From Octopus vulgaris (taxonomy: Eukaryota): 64,000 nt of DNA. This document shows, in pieces, positions 1-13,661 of the stretch. The notes under the pieces were generated by a model that did not search any database, had not been told where the DNA came from, and saw only the letters and a program-made list of their open reading frames with translations. The stretch's first letter is position 1. The number at the start of each line of letters is the position of its first letter. The DNA lies in the NCBI GenBank assembly GCA_951406725.2, contig OX597818.1, positions 41,664,001-41,728,000 on the forward strand, in the 5' to 3' direction. The translations under genes and the position numbers were made by a program.

Positions 1-788
1 CTAAATATTTTAGTGCAAAATATATTTGTGTGCCATTTTATTTTCTTTGCTATATTTTCTGTGTGTATCATGAATACTGCTGAAGTGTTGGTCTTACTTG
101 ATGTTCTTTAGTATTGCTGGTAAGAAATGAAACAGTGGATTTAGTAGAGACTACTTCAAGTCTGTTGCTGTGGAGCCAAGTTTTTGGGTAACTTATGTAA
201 GATTTGTTAGAGTAGTTGTACAGCAGTGTCTGGAGAATAGTGAGATGTGAGTATGATGTCATCTACACATGAAACAGTATGTAAGTTTGGTGAAGGTGTG
301 GGAAGGTTGTGTAGCTAGCTGTAGGCCGAAAAGAATGGATAAGAAAGACAGACAGACTACTATGGTGCTTCACTGAAGAAATTCCAAGCTCTGAAAGTAT
401 TGTTCCTGTACACAATATTAATTTGTTGACACGCAGAAACTGTCATGAGTAGTGAAAAGTATGACAGTGAGCATACTTATTTAACCAGAAAGACAGTGCC
501 AATGCTGACTGCAATATGTACAATAAATAATATATATTAATGTGAAGGCATGTCACAGGTTCAATTCCGGAACAGGGCTGCATGTTGTATCTTTGAGCAA
601 GACACAACATATCATGTTGCTCCAGCCTACTCAGTAGAAAATTGAGTGCCAGCCTTATCCTGGAGCAGCCTTCTCTTCCTCTAACAGTTAGATCCTGAGA
701 GAGTGCCTATGTCTGTTGAACTATATAAGTACCTAAAACACTAAACAAAACTATGTTATATACTAACAAATCATACTAATATATAACC

Positions 789-1850
789 TCATCCTCATCG
801 TTTAGCATCTGCTTTCCATGCTAGCATGGGTTGGACGGTTCAACTGGGGTCTGGGAAGCCAGAGGGCTGCACCAGGCCCGGTCTGATCTGGCAATGTTTC
901 TACAGCTGGATGGCCTTCCTAACGCCAACCACTCCATGAGTGTAATGGGTGCTTTTTACATGCCACCGGCACAGGTGCCAGACGAGACTGGCAAGCGGCC
1001 ACGATCGGATGGTGCTTTTTACATGCCACCGGCATGGAGGCCAGTCGGGGCGGTGCTGGCAACAGCCACGTTCAGATGGTTCTCTTATGTGCCACTGGTA
1101 CTGGCATCACAGCTACAATTTCCATTGATGTTGATTGATTTTGATTTTTACTTGCCTCAACAGGTTGTCACAAGTAGAGTTTTGTGTCCCAAGAAGGAAA
1201 GGTATGCATAAGTGGACTGGCTTCATCCCAGGTAGAGGCCACGGGTTATGGTCTCACTTGTCCTGCCGGGTCTTCTCACGCACAGCATACTTCCAAAGGT
1301 CTCGGTCTCTAGTCATTTCTTCGGTGAGACCTAAAGTTTGAAGGTCGTGCTTCACCACCTCGTCCCAGGTTTTCCTGGGTCTACCTCTTCCACAGGTTCC
1401 CTCAACTGCTAGGGTGTGGCACTTTTTCACACAACTATCTTCATCCATTCTCGCCACATGACCATACCAGCGCAAACATCTCTCTTGCACACCACAACTG
1501 ATGCTTCTTAGGTCCAACTTTTCTCTCAAGGTACTTACACGCCGTCGAGTATGAACACTGACATTACACATCCATCGGAGCATACTGGCTTCATTTCTTG
1601 CGAGCTTACGCATATCCTCAGCAGTCACGGCCCATGTACCATGGCTGTTCGTACACATGCGTCATACAGTCTGCCTTTTACTCTGAGCGAGAGGCCTTTT
1701 GTCACCAGCTCTCTGAACTTTGCCCAAGCTATTCTTACTCTAGCAGTTACACTTTCAGCACACCCGCCCCCGCTACTGACTTGGTCACCTAGGTAATGGA
1801 AGCTATCAACTATTTCTAGTTTTTCTCCCTGGAATGTGGCGGAAGTTGGT
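789..1850 (-). mobile_element. RTE-clade LINE, 5'-truncated 3' fragment
   Basis: ORF 1254..1658 encodes the RTE C-terminus (LRWYGHVARMDEDSCVKKC...GRGRPRKTW). The 3' UTR has GTGCCGGTGGCAC units and an (ATG)n-like tail near 790. Confidence 0.9.
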
Positions 1851-2627
1851 CAACTGCTATCTGTCTGTGAACATCTTAGCTGTATAATAATAGCTAGATT
1901 ACAACACAGGAAACACATCTATTTTCCTCCATCTGAATTGCTTAAATGAGAAATGACCACAAGCAATAAACAAACAATCATGGCTGGCTCTACAAGACAG
2001 ACAACACATTTGCATACTGAGACTCATCAAGAAATATTGAAAATTTAACAAATTTATAATAAATAATACAGTATTAACATGGACTAACAAGTAATAAAGC
2101 ACAAAATATATCCAGCTTTCCTAAGCTAACACTGAAAATAGAAAAGAAAATTACTCTGATGACTTATGACCACAATGATGACTACATTGCAGATATTCAG
2201 ATCATAAATCATATCATTATGAAGATGAATAATTCTTGATTTGATTATTTGAGTTTGTTGTATATCACTTTCTAAATCTTATCCAAGATGACTTATTTGC
2301 TAAGGTCAATGTCCTCCTTGAGCTCAAAAACATGAATAAATAAACCAAAACAAAGAACTTCCAACTATCTTAATGTTATTGCAACCAAACATTTGATTGG
2401 TAATACATTTCAATGACTTTTAATGATGAAAAAGAGAATAGTTTGTTGACAGGAAGCTGGACCCCAGCCACAAATGAAGTATTTATTTTATATTTTTTCT
2501 AACAGATCATTTATTTATTTTTAATATCCATTCAACTATTTTGATTGACAAATCAATATCAAATCATTCTCAAATTTAACGTGAATCTTTCATTCAACCT
2601 CAGCACGTAAGGTGCTTTATCAATGAA

Positions 2628-3022
2628 CTAGCAGTATCGCCCAGCGTTGCTCGGGTTTGTTTCGACCCTTTAGAATTGGAATTTTTGAAAAGTAAAAATT
2701 TTGCATTATGTAGTTTGTTATTCTCTTTAAGTGAACATTTTTCTGGTTGAAATACACCGAAAAATGGCGACACAGCAGTCAAAAAATCGTAAAAAATTGA
2801 GATTTTCAAAGAAAAAAAAGCACCTTTTTGATGTAAATAATTTTTGGTGTTAACATGGTCCGATTTGAATTTTTTCTTCTACGGAAGGAAGAGCAAGCCT
2901 TCTTCTATCATACTCTCAATTTTGGTCAACTTGCGCCACAGGGTCTCAGAGGAGATAGTGTTAGTTGAAGGCTACCAAACCTGCCATACACACAGACAAC
3001 TTCAGCTTTATATATAGAGAGA
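2628..3022 (-). mobile_element. Non-autonomous Helitron
   Basis: Minus strand starts TC, ends CTAG preceded by the hairpin CCCGAGCAACGCTGGG, and is inserted between A and T. A second copy lies at 58113-58557. Confidence 0.8.
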
Positions 3023-4567
3023 TAATGCACGAGTACAATTGTTTGTCATATTATTACTTTAGCTTAGTGGGGAGATGAATGCATTCAAAGATATAATGCA
3101 TTTGTCTTTCAGAGGAAAAATTGAATGAGTTGTTTAAATGTTTAGAACAGAGTAAATTAATAGTATGCAAGCCAACAGACCAAAAGGTTGGCAATTTATA
3201 TTTCATCATCAGCTCTTATAAGGTGTATTCCACACATCTGTTAAGTTATTCAGAATTTAAGATTTAAGCCAGTGTTAACATATGCAGAGTACATTAAAAA
3301 AATTACTATAAATAGTTATGCAGTGAGGAAAACAAATATTAATCAATGATAATATCTTATTTTGGAAAACATAGGGCTGAGTGGAGCCATGATGTTTTAG
3401 CCTTGTCTTGCCAAAAACATGACAAGCACTCTAGTGTTGGTGCCATAAAATGCACCCAGTACACACAAAAGTGGATGTCACTGGAAGGAAATCCACTCAT
3501 AGAATTCAAGCCAAAAATGAAGTGTACAAGCAAGACACCTACAAAAGCTGTAGATCTTAATAAGAACTGACTATGATGACCCACTTAACTCATAACAACA
3601 TGGACAGCTAGCATAAAATGATGACAGCTGAAGAGAACACCATATATGTTGATGTCTTATTGAAAGTTCAATAGGGAAACAATCTTTACTGTACTTGCCA
3701 GGGTATTGATGAGAGAATCACTACATAAACAGATGCAGACAAATAGAATTGCATAGAGATTAAAACTCAGTTTACCTAGACGCAAAAGTTACCGTAAGGA
3801 GATATAGTTTGCTATTGAAAACATTAATAGTACAGTATGATGAAAACCAGTATTTTCTTTTAGAGTTAATAAGCATCTACTTAAATAGGTTTGGCAACAA
3901 GGAATCTACAGTTTATCTTCCATTGAATCATCACTGCATGCAAATTAAGTCTTCAGATGTACTCTGCTGACCCCAAAAAGTTACAGGGTATACTCATTTA
4001 TTTAGATGCATTGAATGTAAGTTTGATTATACAAGGAAGTGAGCTGGCTAAATATTTGAACTTCTTGAAAAAAGCAATTTATTCAACATGAGATGCGCAA
4101 GTTGGAAAAAAGCACTTCTTGATAAAAACTTGGCAATAAGGTGAAAATATCAGCGCTAATAATATACATTATTTACGTCCAAGTTTGCATTACCTTCCAA
4201 TCTAATCAATTCTATTTATAATTTGTGCAGGTTTGGATGTGGATTTTTTTCTCTATGTAAAATATTTTTCTCATTTATTTTTTTAAATGTAATTGTATAT
4301 TGATATATTCATTAAAACATTTATTAGCATCTCACATTAAAACATTGCCTCCATGTCTGCAACAGGACTGCTGCCACACAAATACACACACACACACACA
4401 GTGAAAGGATCAGCAAAGGTCATTGAAGCTGCCCTCACCAAATGATTTTACAAAAAGTGGTCTCTAATTATGCAAGTAAAACAGTGTATTAATGACAATT
4501 AATTACCTTAATCCATCTGAAACTAAGTAACAACATAGACATTTAATCCCTTACTTGATCACCTTAA

Positions 4568-5467
4568 CCCTATGAGCCCATAACACCGGTTTACCAATGG
4601 ATGGCTTATTTTACTCGTTACTGTAGCACCGCTCTACCGGTGGAGTGCATCTGCATTAAAGTACGATTCATTTTTATCCAATCAGAATGCTCACTCACCC
4701 CAGGACTACAGAATGATAGAACAACCTGTCTGCTGCCTTTCTGAGTTGAATGTGGCTTATTTTGATGTTGAAATTTGAGTTCTTTCACCATGAAACAAAG
4801 TCAACCTGAACCCAGAATTTTTGAATCAAAACAATAACATAAGCAGCTGTTCACAGCTGCTGATGTGATCACTCAAATAGAGGTCGAAAATGATGAAGAA
4901 TATCCTGCAAGTGATCTTGATTCAGTTTCTGACAGTGACATTGAGTCGGACTCAAGTGTGAGTAATGAGGAATCAAATTCTAGAGCGAGAGGGGGAAGGG
5001 GGCATGGTCCTGGCCCATCAGGTGATAGGAGACCTGCTCAAACTAACACTGTACCTGTAAATTGGAATAAGAGTTATACTCCAGTTGATTTATCTTTTGA
5101 TGACTCTAATTGTGGGCCTAGAAACATTTCAGCAAACATAAATGAAAACTCAACCCCACAGGGTTTTGCAGACCTATTCCTTAATGAAGCATTTTCATAG
5201 AATCTGCAAGCCACTCAGGCTAAAGAGGAGACACCTAACAAGTCAAAAGAGGATCAACATGTTGGACCAATTGGCATACCAAGGTAGAATATTGGCACTA
5301 GGAGCCAGGTAGGCATCTCTGTCGTATGTTTGTGTTGTCAGATTGTTAGTGACATTGATATTTTTGCTTTGAGAGCTATAATTGATGCTAACCCAATTTT
5401 CAGCTTATTTTGCTCAGGAAGCCAGGTATATGGTTAAATAAAGTTCAGTAGGTCAGGGCTCAAAGAG
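4568..5467 (+). mobile_element. Internally deleted piggyBac transposon
   Basis: TTAA at 4564-67 and 5468-71; imperfect TIRs CCCTATGAGCCC / GGGCTCAAAGAG. ORF 4865..5200 resembles the acidic N-terminus of piggyBac transposases (SDSDIESDS...GP...STPQGFADLFL). Confidence 0.75.
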
Positions 5468-5811
5468 TTAATACGCAGGTGAAAAAAATAAATTCTATGA
5501 ATCAATATAGCTATACTTGTAGAAAAGATTCTGAGGTAATATAATGTAAGAATTTAAATTCCGTTACCACGACAAACTACTTTGATTCAAATCAGAATCT
5601 TATTTGCTGCAACTAAACTCAAATCCCATGATCCTTCATTTTTGTGTGTAGTGACCCATATCAGCTTTTATATCAAATGCTAGTGCAAAGTTTGCAAAAT
5701 ATTTTTGTTAATGTTTCTAAACCAAATGTGTATTAATAATCAAATATAAAAAAGCACAAAACGTTTTTTATCTACACAATATAAAACAATTATTAAAAAA
5801 AACAAAACAAA

Positions 5812-6215
5812 TACAGCAGGTATGAATGTGCAGTAAGAAATTTGCTTCCTAACCACATGGTTCTGGGTTCAGTCCCACTGTGCGGCACCTTAGGCAAGTG
5901 TCTTTTACTATAGCCTCAGGCTGACCAAAACATTTTGAGTGGATTTGGTAGATGGAAACTGAAAGACGCCTGCCTGTCGTGTGTGTGTCTTTGTGTTTGC
6001 CTCTTACCAGCACTTGACAACCAGTGTTGGTATGTTTATATCTCCATAACTCAGCGGTTCAGCAAAAGAAACTGATAGAAGTACCAGACTTTAAAAAAGC
6101 TTCTTTTTTTTTTTAAATAAATCCTGGGGTCAATTTATTCAATTAAAAACCCTTCGAGGTGTTGCCCCAGCATGGCCGCAGCCAAATGATTGAAACAAGT
6201 AAAAGATAGAAAAGA
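5812..6215 (+). mobile_element. tRNA-derived SINE family A
   Basis: Head ..AACCACATGGTTCTGGGTTCAGTCCCAC..CCTTAGGCAAGTGTC, a (TG)n linker and tail CAGCATGGCCGCAG..GAAACAAGTAAAAGA. Many copies in the window. Confidence 0.8.
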
Positions 6216-6608
6216 TAAAAAAATAAGAGAATTCGACCAGAAGAAAGATAAAGATATCCAAAATCAAATCCCACGATGTAGATTAGAAAGTTATTCACAG
6301 AAGGTGTGTCATGGAAGCTGCCCCTTGTTAAATGTTCAAATGAACGAAAATAAAAGTTATGAACAGAAAAAAATAATTCCAAATACAATAATCAAAATGA
6401 AAAAAAAAAAAATGTCAAAAAACTAGGAATAATATTCCAAAAGGCAGCTTAGGATTAATAGCAAAGAACTGAGACACAGAACCATACAAAGTATCTATTT
6501 CAAGCAGAAATTTCTCATGACAAAAAATATGACACTTAAAACATGTTTACTCTAAGAAAAATAGTAATATATTATTCACATACACATATATATACACACA
6601 TAAACACA

Positions 6609-6647
<39 letters not shown>

Positions 6648-6955
6648 ACATACACATGTATGAACACACAAACATATATATACATACGTATATGTACACA
6701 CATTATATATCTATATCATATACACAAACATATATATACATACATGTATACACATTATCTAACTATATTATATACACACACAAACACACACACACACATA
6801 TATATATACATATACACACACATACACGTATGTACACACATTATCTAACTACGTTATATACACAAACATTATATGTATATATATAAATACATACACACAC
6901 GTATGTATGTATATATGATTACTTCTTTTTTTTTTTTTCTAATGAATTTTGTTAC

Positions 6956-7115
6956 CTGCAACTTCTAGGAGGGCTTCAAGGCGAGCATGTGTTTCGGGAT
7001 CAACAGTCTGCAAGTTTGCTCCTTCGATATTTTCTGCTGGTAATAGGAACTTCGCAGCCTCCAGCATGGGGGCTTCTGTGTCTTCTATTTCCTGACCCAA
7101 GAAAAAGGATTCCAC
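6956..7115 (-). CDS. ANKHD1: ANKHD1/ANKRD17 (mask) orthologue, second coding exon (160 bp)
   Basis: Acceptor TTTTATTTCAG|GTG and donor GCAG|GTAAC. Encodes VESFFLGQEIEDTEAPMLEAAKFLLPAENIEGANLQTVDPETHARLEALLEVA(G), closely resembling the conserved ANKHD1/ANKRD17 segment EGADLRTVDPETQARLEALLEAAG. Confidence 0.92.
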
Positions 7116-9249
7116 CTGAAATAAAACAGAACAATGAAAAGAACCCATTTACTAGAAGCCAAATTGGATATTCAAAAGCAGAAAAATCTACATTTGAGCT
7201 GAATCTGAAAGCTAATAGAAAATATCATTTCATATGCATTTTACATCATCATCGTACAAAGTTTGTTTTCTATGATGGCATGGGTGGGATGGTTTGACAG
7301 GAGCTGGCCAGCTGAAGATCTGCCCAGGCTCCATGTCTGTTTTGGCATGGTTTCTATGGTTGGATGCCCTTCCTAACACCAACCAATTTGCAGAGTGCCT
7401 TTTACGTGACACCAGCACCCAAGAGCTTGCAAGATTAGGATCGCTCAGCAGGGGACACACCAGTATATAAGGAAAACTGCGATTTTACTTAGCTTGATGT
7501 ATTTTCTCAAGTACATCAAACTTCCAGGAGTCTTGGTTTCCTGCCATCCTCTCTGTGAGGCCCAACAACTGAAAATCCTTTCTCACTAAAGAATTTGACT
7601 TTTAGTTAAATATACATAAAGTTCAATAATTTTTCCCTTCCTTGTAATATCACAAATGTTTTTTTTAATAATATTTCTTTATACCATACCATACATAAAC
7701 CCTTTAAACAACATTGATTTGCTTTTGTAATTAAAAGTTTTTAATTAATAGTAAAACACAGGATTATTTTACCTGCCACAGAAATTAACAATTTGTTATT
7801 AAAACAGTTAATTTAAAAACTGAAAATCTTATTTATTTCATCTTATTTCATGCATAGACACAAAGTAAAATCTGTAGTGGGTAGGGTGCAATCAAGTGAA
7901 TCTATCCTCCAGCTTATTTTATCAACCCCTATCAAAAATACTCCTGAATATAAAGGTACAGAACTAAATACTGGTTACTTGAGCCCCGTTACTCCATTTT
8001 CATTAATAATAGAAATATAAATGATTTTTAACTGAGGCACAGGGCTACAAAAAAATGTGAGGGGGAGATATCAATTAAATCAACCCTAAAACTAGACTTG
8101 TAATTTGATCCAAAATTAATGGTATGCAGAATATAGAAATCATCATCATCATTATTATCATTTGAGGTCCATGTCCCATTGGATAATTTAACTAGGACCC
8201 GATGAGTCTAAAGACTGCATCATGCTCCTGTGTCTGTTTTGGCATGGCTTCTACAGCTGGATGCCCTTACTAATGTCAACCACTTTACAGTGTGTACTAG
8301 GTGCTTTTTACATGCCACCGGCACTACTGAGGTCGCCATGCAGCTCATAAGACAACAAACCCAGGAAGGAAGAATGCAATGCCCATACGTTAGATGAGGA
8401 TTAAGGTATGAGGTTGGAAGGAGAAGCTACATGACTACTCACATTTAAGAGAGAGAGAGAATGGATTAGAGGTATCTCCAAGGAGACAGACAGTGGTGAT
8501 GTCCAAGTGGCACCTCAGGTAGTAGGGGTAGAAGTTGGTGGGGAGAGTGGAGGCTTTCAAGAGTGAATGAGGATGTGAGAGAAGGAAATAAGCAACAACA
8601 TCTATAAAGATAAGAGAAGATGAGGGAACAGGGATGCACAATTTGGGGAGGGTGCAGGGAGTAATAATAAAGATTTCTCAGGCACAAGGCCACAAGTATG
8701 TGGGGTGGGGAAAAAGTCAATTGCACCAATTCTGATATTTAACTGGTACTTATTTTTATCAACTCCAAACAACTGAAACACAAAGCAGATCTTGATATGA
8801 TTGGAATTCATAACATAAAGGCACACAACTAAAAACCATAGAATATTTTATTCAATGTTCTACCAATTCACTTCAAGGCTAGTTTTTATCTTTGCAAAAC
8901 TTCTCAATCTTCTCTATCCAATCTCAGGAAACATCTTAAAGAGACTCACGAAGAGGAAATCATCTTTGTCCCTACCAGCTACTGACTTACTGCCCTTTCT
9001 TCCAAAAACTTAACTTCCATGTAAACAATATTGTCTTCACTGCAATGCTTCTGCCATAACCTCCTAAGTAACCTATCTATGGACTTCATCTGTCTTGCAT
9101 CTTGGATCTAGAGTTTTCTGTCAGATTATTCCACTTCAGTGTGAGCCAACAAGGCTTTCTCTGACCCATACTAATAAATCTGGTCCGTTTTTCCCCCTTT
9201 AATTAGTTTCAGTCACTGGACTTAGTATTGTATTGAATACTTAATGTGG

Positions 9250-9680
9250 TGAAATGTGTGACTGTGTGAATAAGAAGACTGCCACAGTTTCAGGTTCAGT
9301 CTTACTACATGGTACCTTGGATAAATGTCTTCTACAATAGCCCCAGATCAACCAAAACTTTGTGAATGAATCTGGTAAACGAAAACTGAAAGAAGCTCAT
9401 CATACATATACATGTTTATGTACATGTGTATGTATGTATCTGAGAGAGAGAGAGAGAGAGAGAGTGCATTTGTGTGTCTGTCATGATATTGTATGATTGT
9501 AATAATCATTAATATCTTGTGAAAACATGTCTGGCCATGGAGAAATATTTCCTTGCTTGAAAGTAAGTATGGGTTGATGACAGGGAGAGCATCAGGCAAT
9601 TAGAAAATCTGCATCAATAAACTCCATCCAATCCTTACACGCATGGGAACAAAATGTCATTAAAATGTGATGATTATGAT
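9250..9680 (+). mobile_element. SINE family A head with RTE-like tail
   Basis: Family A head, microsatellite linker and tail CCATCCAATCC..GCATGG..(ATG)n-like. Confidence 0.6.
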
Positions 9681-9779
9681 GTAGCATTTTTTTTTTATAA
9701 AACAATGCAACTTGAATTTTCCCTTCAATATACACAGATATAACACATAGATGTAAGACCTTTTTTCCAGCCCAGGCAA

Positions 9780-10603
9780 TGTGTGCGCACACGACAGAGT
9801 GTAAGCACCCTGAGAGAAATGCTGGACATAAGAAGCATCAGATGTGGTGTGCAAGAGTGATGCTTGCGATGGTATGGTCATGTACTGCGGATGGATGAGG
9901 AGAGATGTGTGAAGAAGTGCCACTCCCAAACAGTTGAAGGTATCAGGGGGAGAGGTAGACCCAGGAAGACATGGGATGAGGTAGTCAAGCATGACCTCAG
10001 AGCGTTGGGCCTCACAGAGGCAATGACGAAAGACCAAGATCTCTGGAGATATGCTGTGACTGCAAAGACCCGGGCTGCTTCCTGCACCAGTTCCGCATAG
10101 CCCCTGCCCATTCAAAGTACCTTGGATTTCAGAACAACCCGCTGTGCTTGAGGAGACCTATTGAGTCAAGTACATGAACATCGAAATAAATATCAATGGA
10201 AATAGTAGTTGTGATACCTGTGCCGGTGGCACATAAAAAGCACCATCCGAACGTGGCCAATGCCAGCGCCACCTCGACTGGCTTCTGTACCAGTGGCACG
10301 TAAAAAGCACCATCCGAACATGGCCAATGCCAGCGCCGCCTTGACTGGCTTCCGTGCCGGTGGCACGTTAAAAGCACCAACCGATCGTGGCCGCTGCCAG
10401 ACTCCCCTGGCACCTGTGCCGGTGGCACGTAAAAAGCACCCACTACACTCGCGGAGTGGTTGGCGTTAAGAAGGGCATCCAGCTGTAGAAACACTGCCAG
10501 ATCAGACTGGAGCCTGGTGCAGCCTCCTGGCTTCCCAGACCCCGGTCGAACCGTCCAACCCATGCTAGCGCGGAAAACGGACGTTAAGCTATGATGATGA
10601 TGA
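9780..10603 (+). mobile_element. RTE LINE 3' fragment
   Basis: ORF 9864..10100 (RWYGHVLRMDEERCVKKC...GRGRPRKTW), four GTGGCAC..AAAAGCACC units and an (ATG)n tail. Confidence 0.9.
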
Positions 10604-11493
10604 TAGCTTATTAGACTGCACCTAATGTGTGTATGTATGTGTGTACAATGTGCTTTTGTAGTTTATGTGTAACAAATTTTACTTTCACCTTCAGGCTACT
10701 GTAGAAAACATGTTCAAAGTATCAAAGAATGGGACTGAACCCAAAACTAAAAGGTTGCAAAATGAAATTCTCACCCACACAACCTCAAGATTCCGTTAGT
10801 CTCCTACATTTTACTTACTTTTTGTTACTTCAAGCTAGACACACACACACACACTTATGTAGTTGATACCACTCTTTACTACTTTTAACCATCTGCACAC
10901 AAGCTGTCATCCACATGCAGCCTAGACACCTCACACTAGACTTCATGAATATCTGACCTCAAAAACATGACAATCTAGTCTCCTTCAACAACACAAAGAC
11001 AAAATCACTGAGTGTCCCACTCCCAAGAACAGTCTTAAACCACAACCCCTTTACAACACACAAACATCATTACAAATGCCGGACCTCACAATTTCTGACA
11101 ATCTTTCATGACAACATATAAATCCTTGATTAAAAATGTATTCCATGAATTTTCTTCCCTCAACACAGCCAGAAAATACTTCGGCCTTGATTAGTTACCA
11201 AGACAATGCTGTTGCTACACACACAAATATTCAAGAATAAATCAAAAAAAAAATAGGCCTTCAGCCAATTGACTCACTAACATGCCAAAACCACAAGCTC
11301 GCAGACTTGTCATCTCTTTTTCTGAAAAGCCTCAGCTCCTCTGAATTACTCTGCTGCATACTCCCTCTATCCAGTCACACCGATCTCACTTCTTGTCACT
11401 TTTACCATGTCTTTATTTTTCTCTCAGGGTCTACAGTGAACACTTTCCCAATCCTTTCTCAACAGAAAAGGAGCTCAAAAAAATGTCTCCACA

Positions 11494-11862
11494 CAGGCAT
11501 GGCTTTGTGATAAGAAGCTTGCTTCCCAACCACATGGTTTCAGGTTCAGTCCCACTGCATGGCATCTTGAGTGTTTTCTACTGTAGCCTCGGGCTGCCAA
11601 AGCCTTGAGTGGATTTGGTAGATGGAAACTGAAAGAAGCCTGTCGTGTATGTATTTTATATATATATATATATATATATATTTGTGTGTGTCTTTTTGTC
11701 TGTGTCCCCATAACTTAGCAGTTTGGCAAAAGAGGCCAATAGAATAAGTACTAGGCTTACAAAGAACAAGTCCTGAGGTCAATTTCTTCAGCTAAAACCC
11801 TTTCAGGTGGTGCTACAGCATGGCCGCAGTCAAATGACTGAAATATGTAAAAGAATAAAAGA
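11494..11862 (+). mobile_element. SINE family A
   Basis: Same head and tail as 5812-6215 with an internal (TA)n. Confidence 0.8.
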
Positions 11863-13427
11863 ACACCTACATTTTCCTTCTAAATATCAATTGGGGTTCT
11901 TCATAAGCAGTCAATTATAATAGAAATTTTAAAATCTGTTATATCCGAAAGTATATTCATTTGCTGGATTAAGTTATTGCACAACAGTTATTACAGGATA
12001 TCGCACTTAAAAAGTTTGGGTCAATTATATCAACCCTAATACTCATTACATAAATCTCAACCTGTCAAATCATTCAGCTATACTATGCTTTCGTATAATG
12101 AGATACAACACCAATTTACACCAATAAAAGGATGCACACACATGTACATAGGCGTGTATGTACAAACATATGTACATGTGTACATACATGTGCATGTATA
12201 AATGAGACATGTTTTGCAGCTTCAATCTACCAAATTCCAGTCATCAGTCTACCCAAGGCTTTAGTAGAAAACACCTGCCCAAGGTGCTACTCAGTGACAT
12301 GCAACATAGAACTATGTAGCTACAAAGTGAACTTCTTAACCATACAACTATGCCAGCTACTAAGCATATAACATTATGAATAGCTAAGCTTCTATATTAG
12401 AAACTTGCAAATGATTGTTTTAAACTTCATATCATACACTACCAAGTAATATCTGGTAAAACCATGTAAAAAGTGGGTAACTTCAAGATAGAAATCATAG
12501 TTATACAAAACGGCATCCCAATTGAAAACATTTAAAGAAAATATGCATAAAAGTAAATTTGTCAAGCCATACAGCTCATTCTACAGAAACAGTTAACATT
12601 TGGCTCAGCACAATCAAACTGACCAAAGCATAGAAGGGTAATATGGAGTGTATCTATGAATGGAAAGCATTTAAGAATAGAGATTTGATAGAGAAAAGTT
12701 AAGTGCAAGGTTGGAAATGTTCTCCAGAAGAATGGATTGTTAAGGTTTTATAATCCCAAAAACAATATTTAAAGAACAGAAAAATAGTGTTCAGCAGTTG
12801 CAAAGAGGCAGAAATTGGTGCAGGATGTATCTAAAGAACTCAATTATGTTACCTGTCTATACATGAAAAAAAAAACATACAATGCTTTGTCACAAAAGTT
12901 ATCCTCAAAAGTTATTTGCATTTTTGTAATCTACGCACACAGATGGGGGGGTAGGTAGTTATTTTTATAGCAATCATACATTCTGAATACCATGACACAT
13001 TCAGGTGGCTTCGTGCTGCTTTACAATGACAGTGGCAGCAATACTTATTAGAAGGCACTAAAATCATCAATACTATTAATGCTTCTCTTGGACAGGTACA
13101 AGTTGACAGCAGCAGGAAAAAAAAAAAAATTAGCACACAGAAGGAATTCCATGGAGTTAATGATTTAGCAAGAATGTATAAGGCATAGTGGTTAGTGCAG
13201 AGCCTGGGTTGAGTGGACACAATATGGATGATGAAAGAGAGTTGTTTGAAGGGGAATGGCACAAGATCACCCAGCACCATGGAGCAGGGGCTACTACAGT
13301 AATATTAGAAAAGTTAGAGAAAGGAAATAGCACTTCTGTGGGGTGTGTAGATGAGTGGCTTCATATCAATCAGTTAAGTAGTTTTGGATGCAATCTCAAA
13401 GACATCTACATGTATAGTAGCAGTACC

Positions 13428-13661
13428 TATTTCTTTACTACCCACAAGGGGCTAAACACAGAGAGGACAAACAAGGACAGACAAACGGATTAAGTCGATT
13501 ATATCGACCCCAGTGCGTAACTGGTACTTATTTATTCGACCCCGAAAGGATGAAAGACAAAGTTGACCTCAGCGGAATTTGAACTCACAACATAACGGCA
13601 GACAAAATACCGCTAAGCATTTCACCCGGCGAGCTAATGTTTCTGCCAGCTCACCGCCTTA
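13428..13661 (-). mobile_element. tRNA-derived SINE with Nin/Deu-like central domain and 16-bp TSD
   Basis: Head GGCGGTGAGCTGGCAGAA...GAGTTCAAATTCC (A/B boxes) and domain TTTCATCCTTTCGGGGTCGA..TAAGTACCAG. TSD GTATAGTAGCAGTACC (13412-27) / GTATAGTAACAGTACC (13662-77). Confidence 0.85.
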
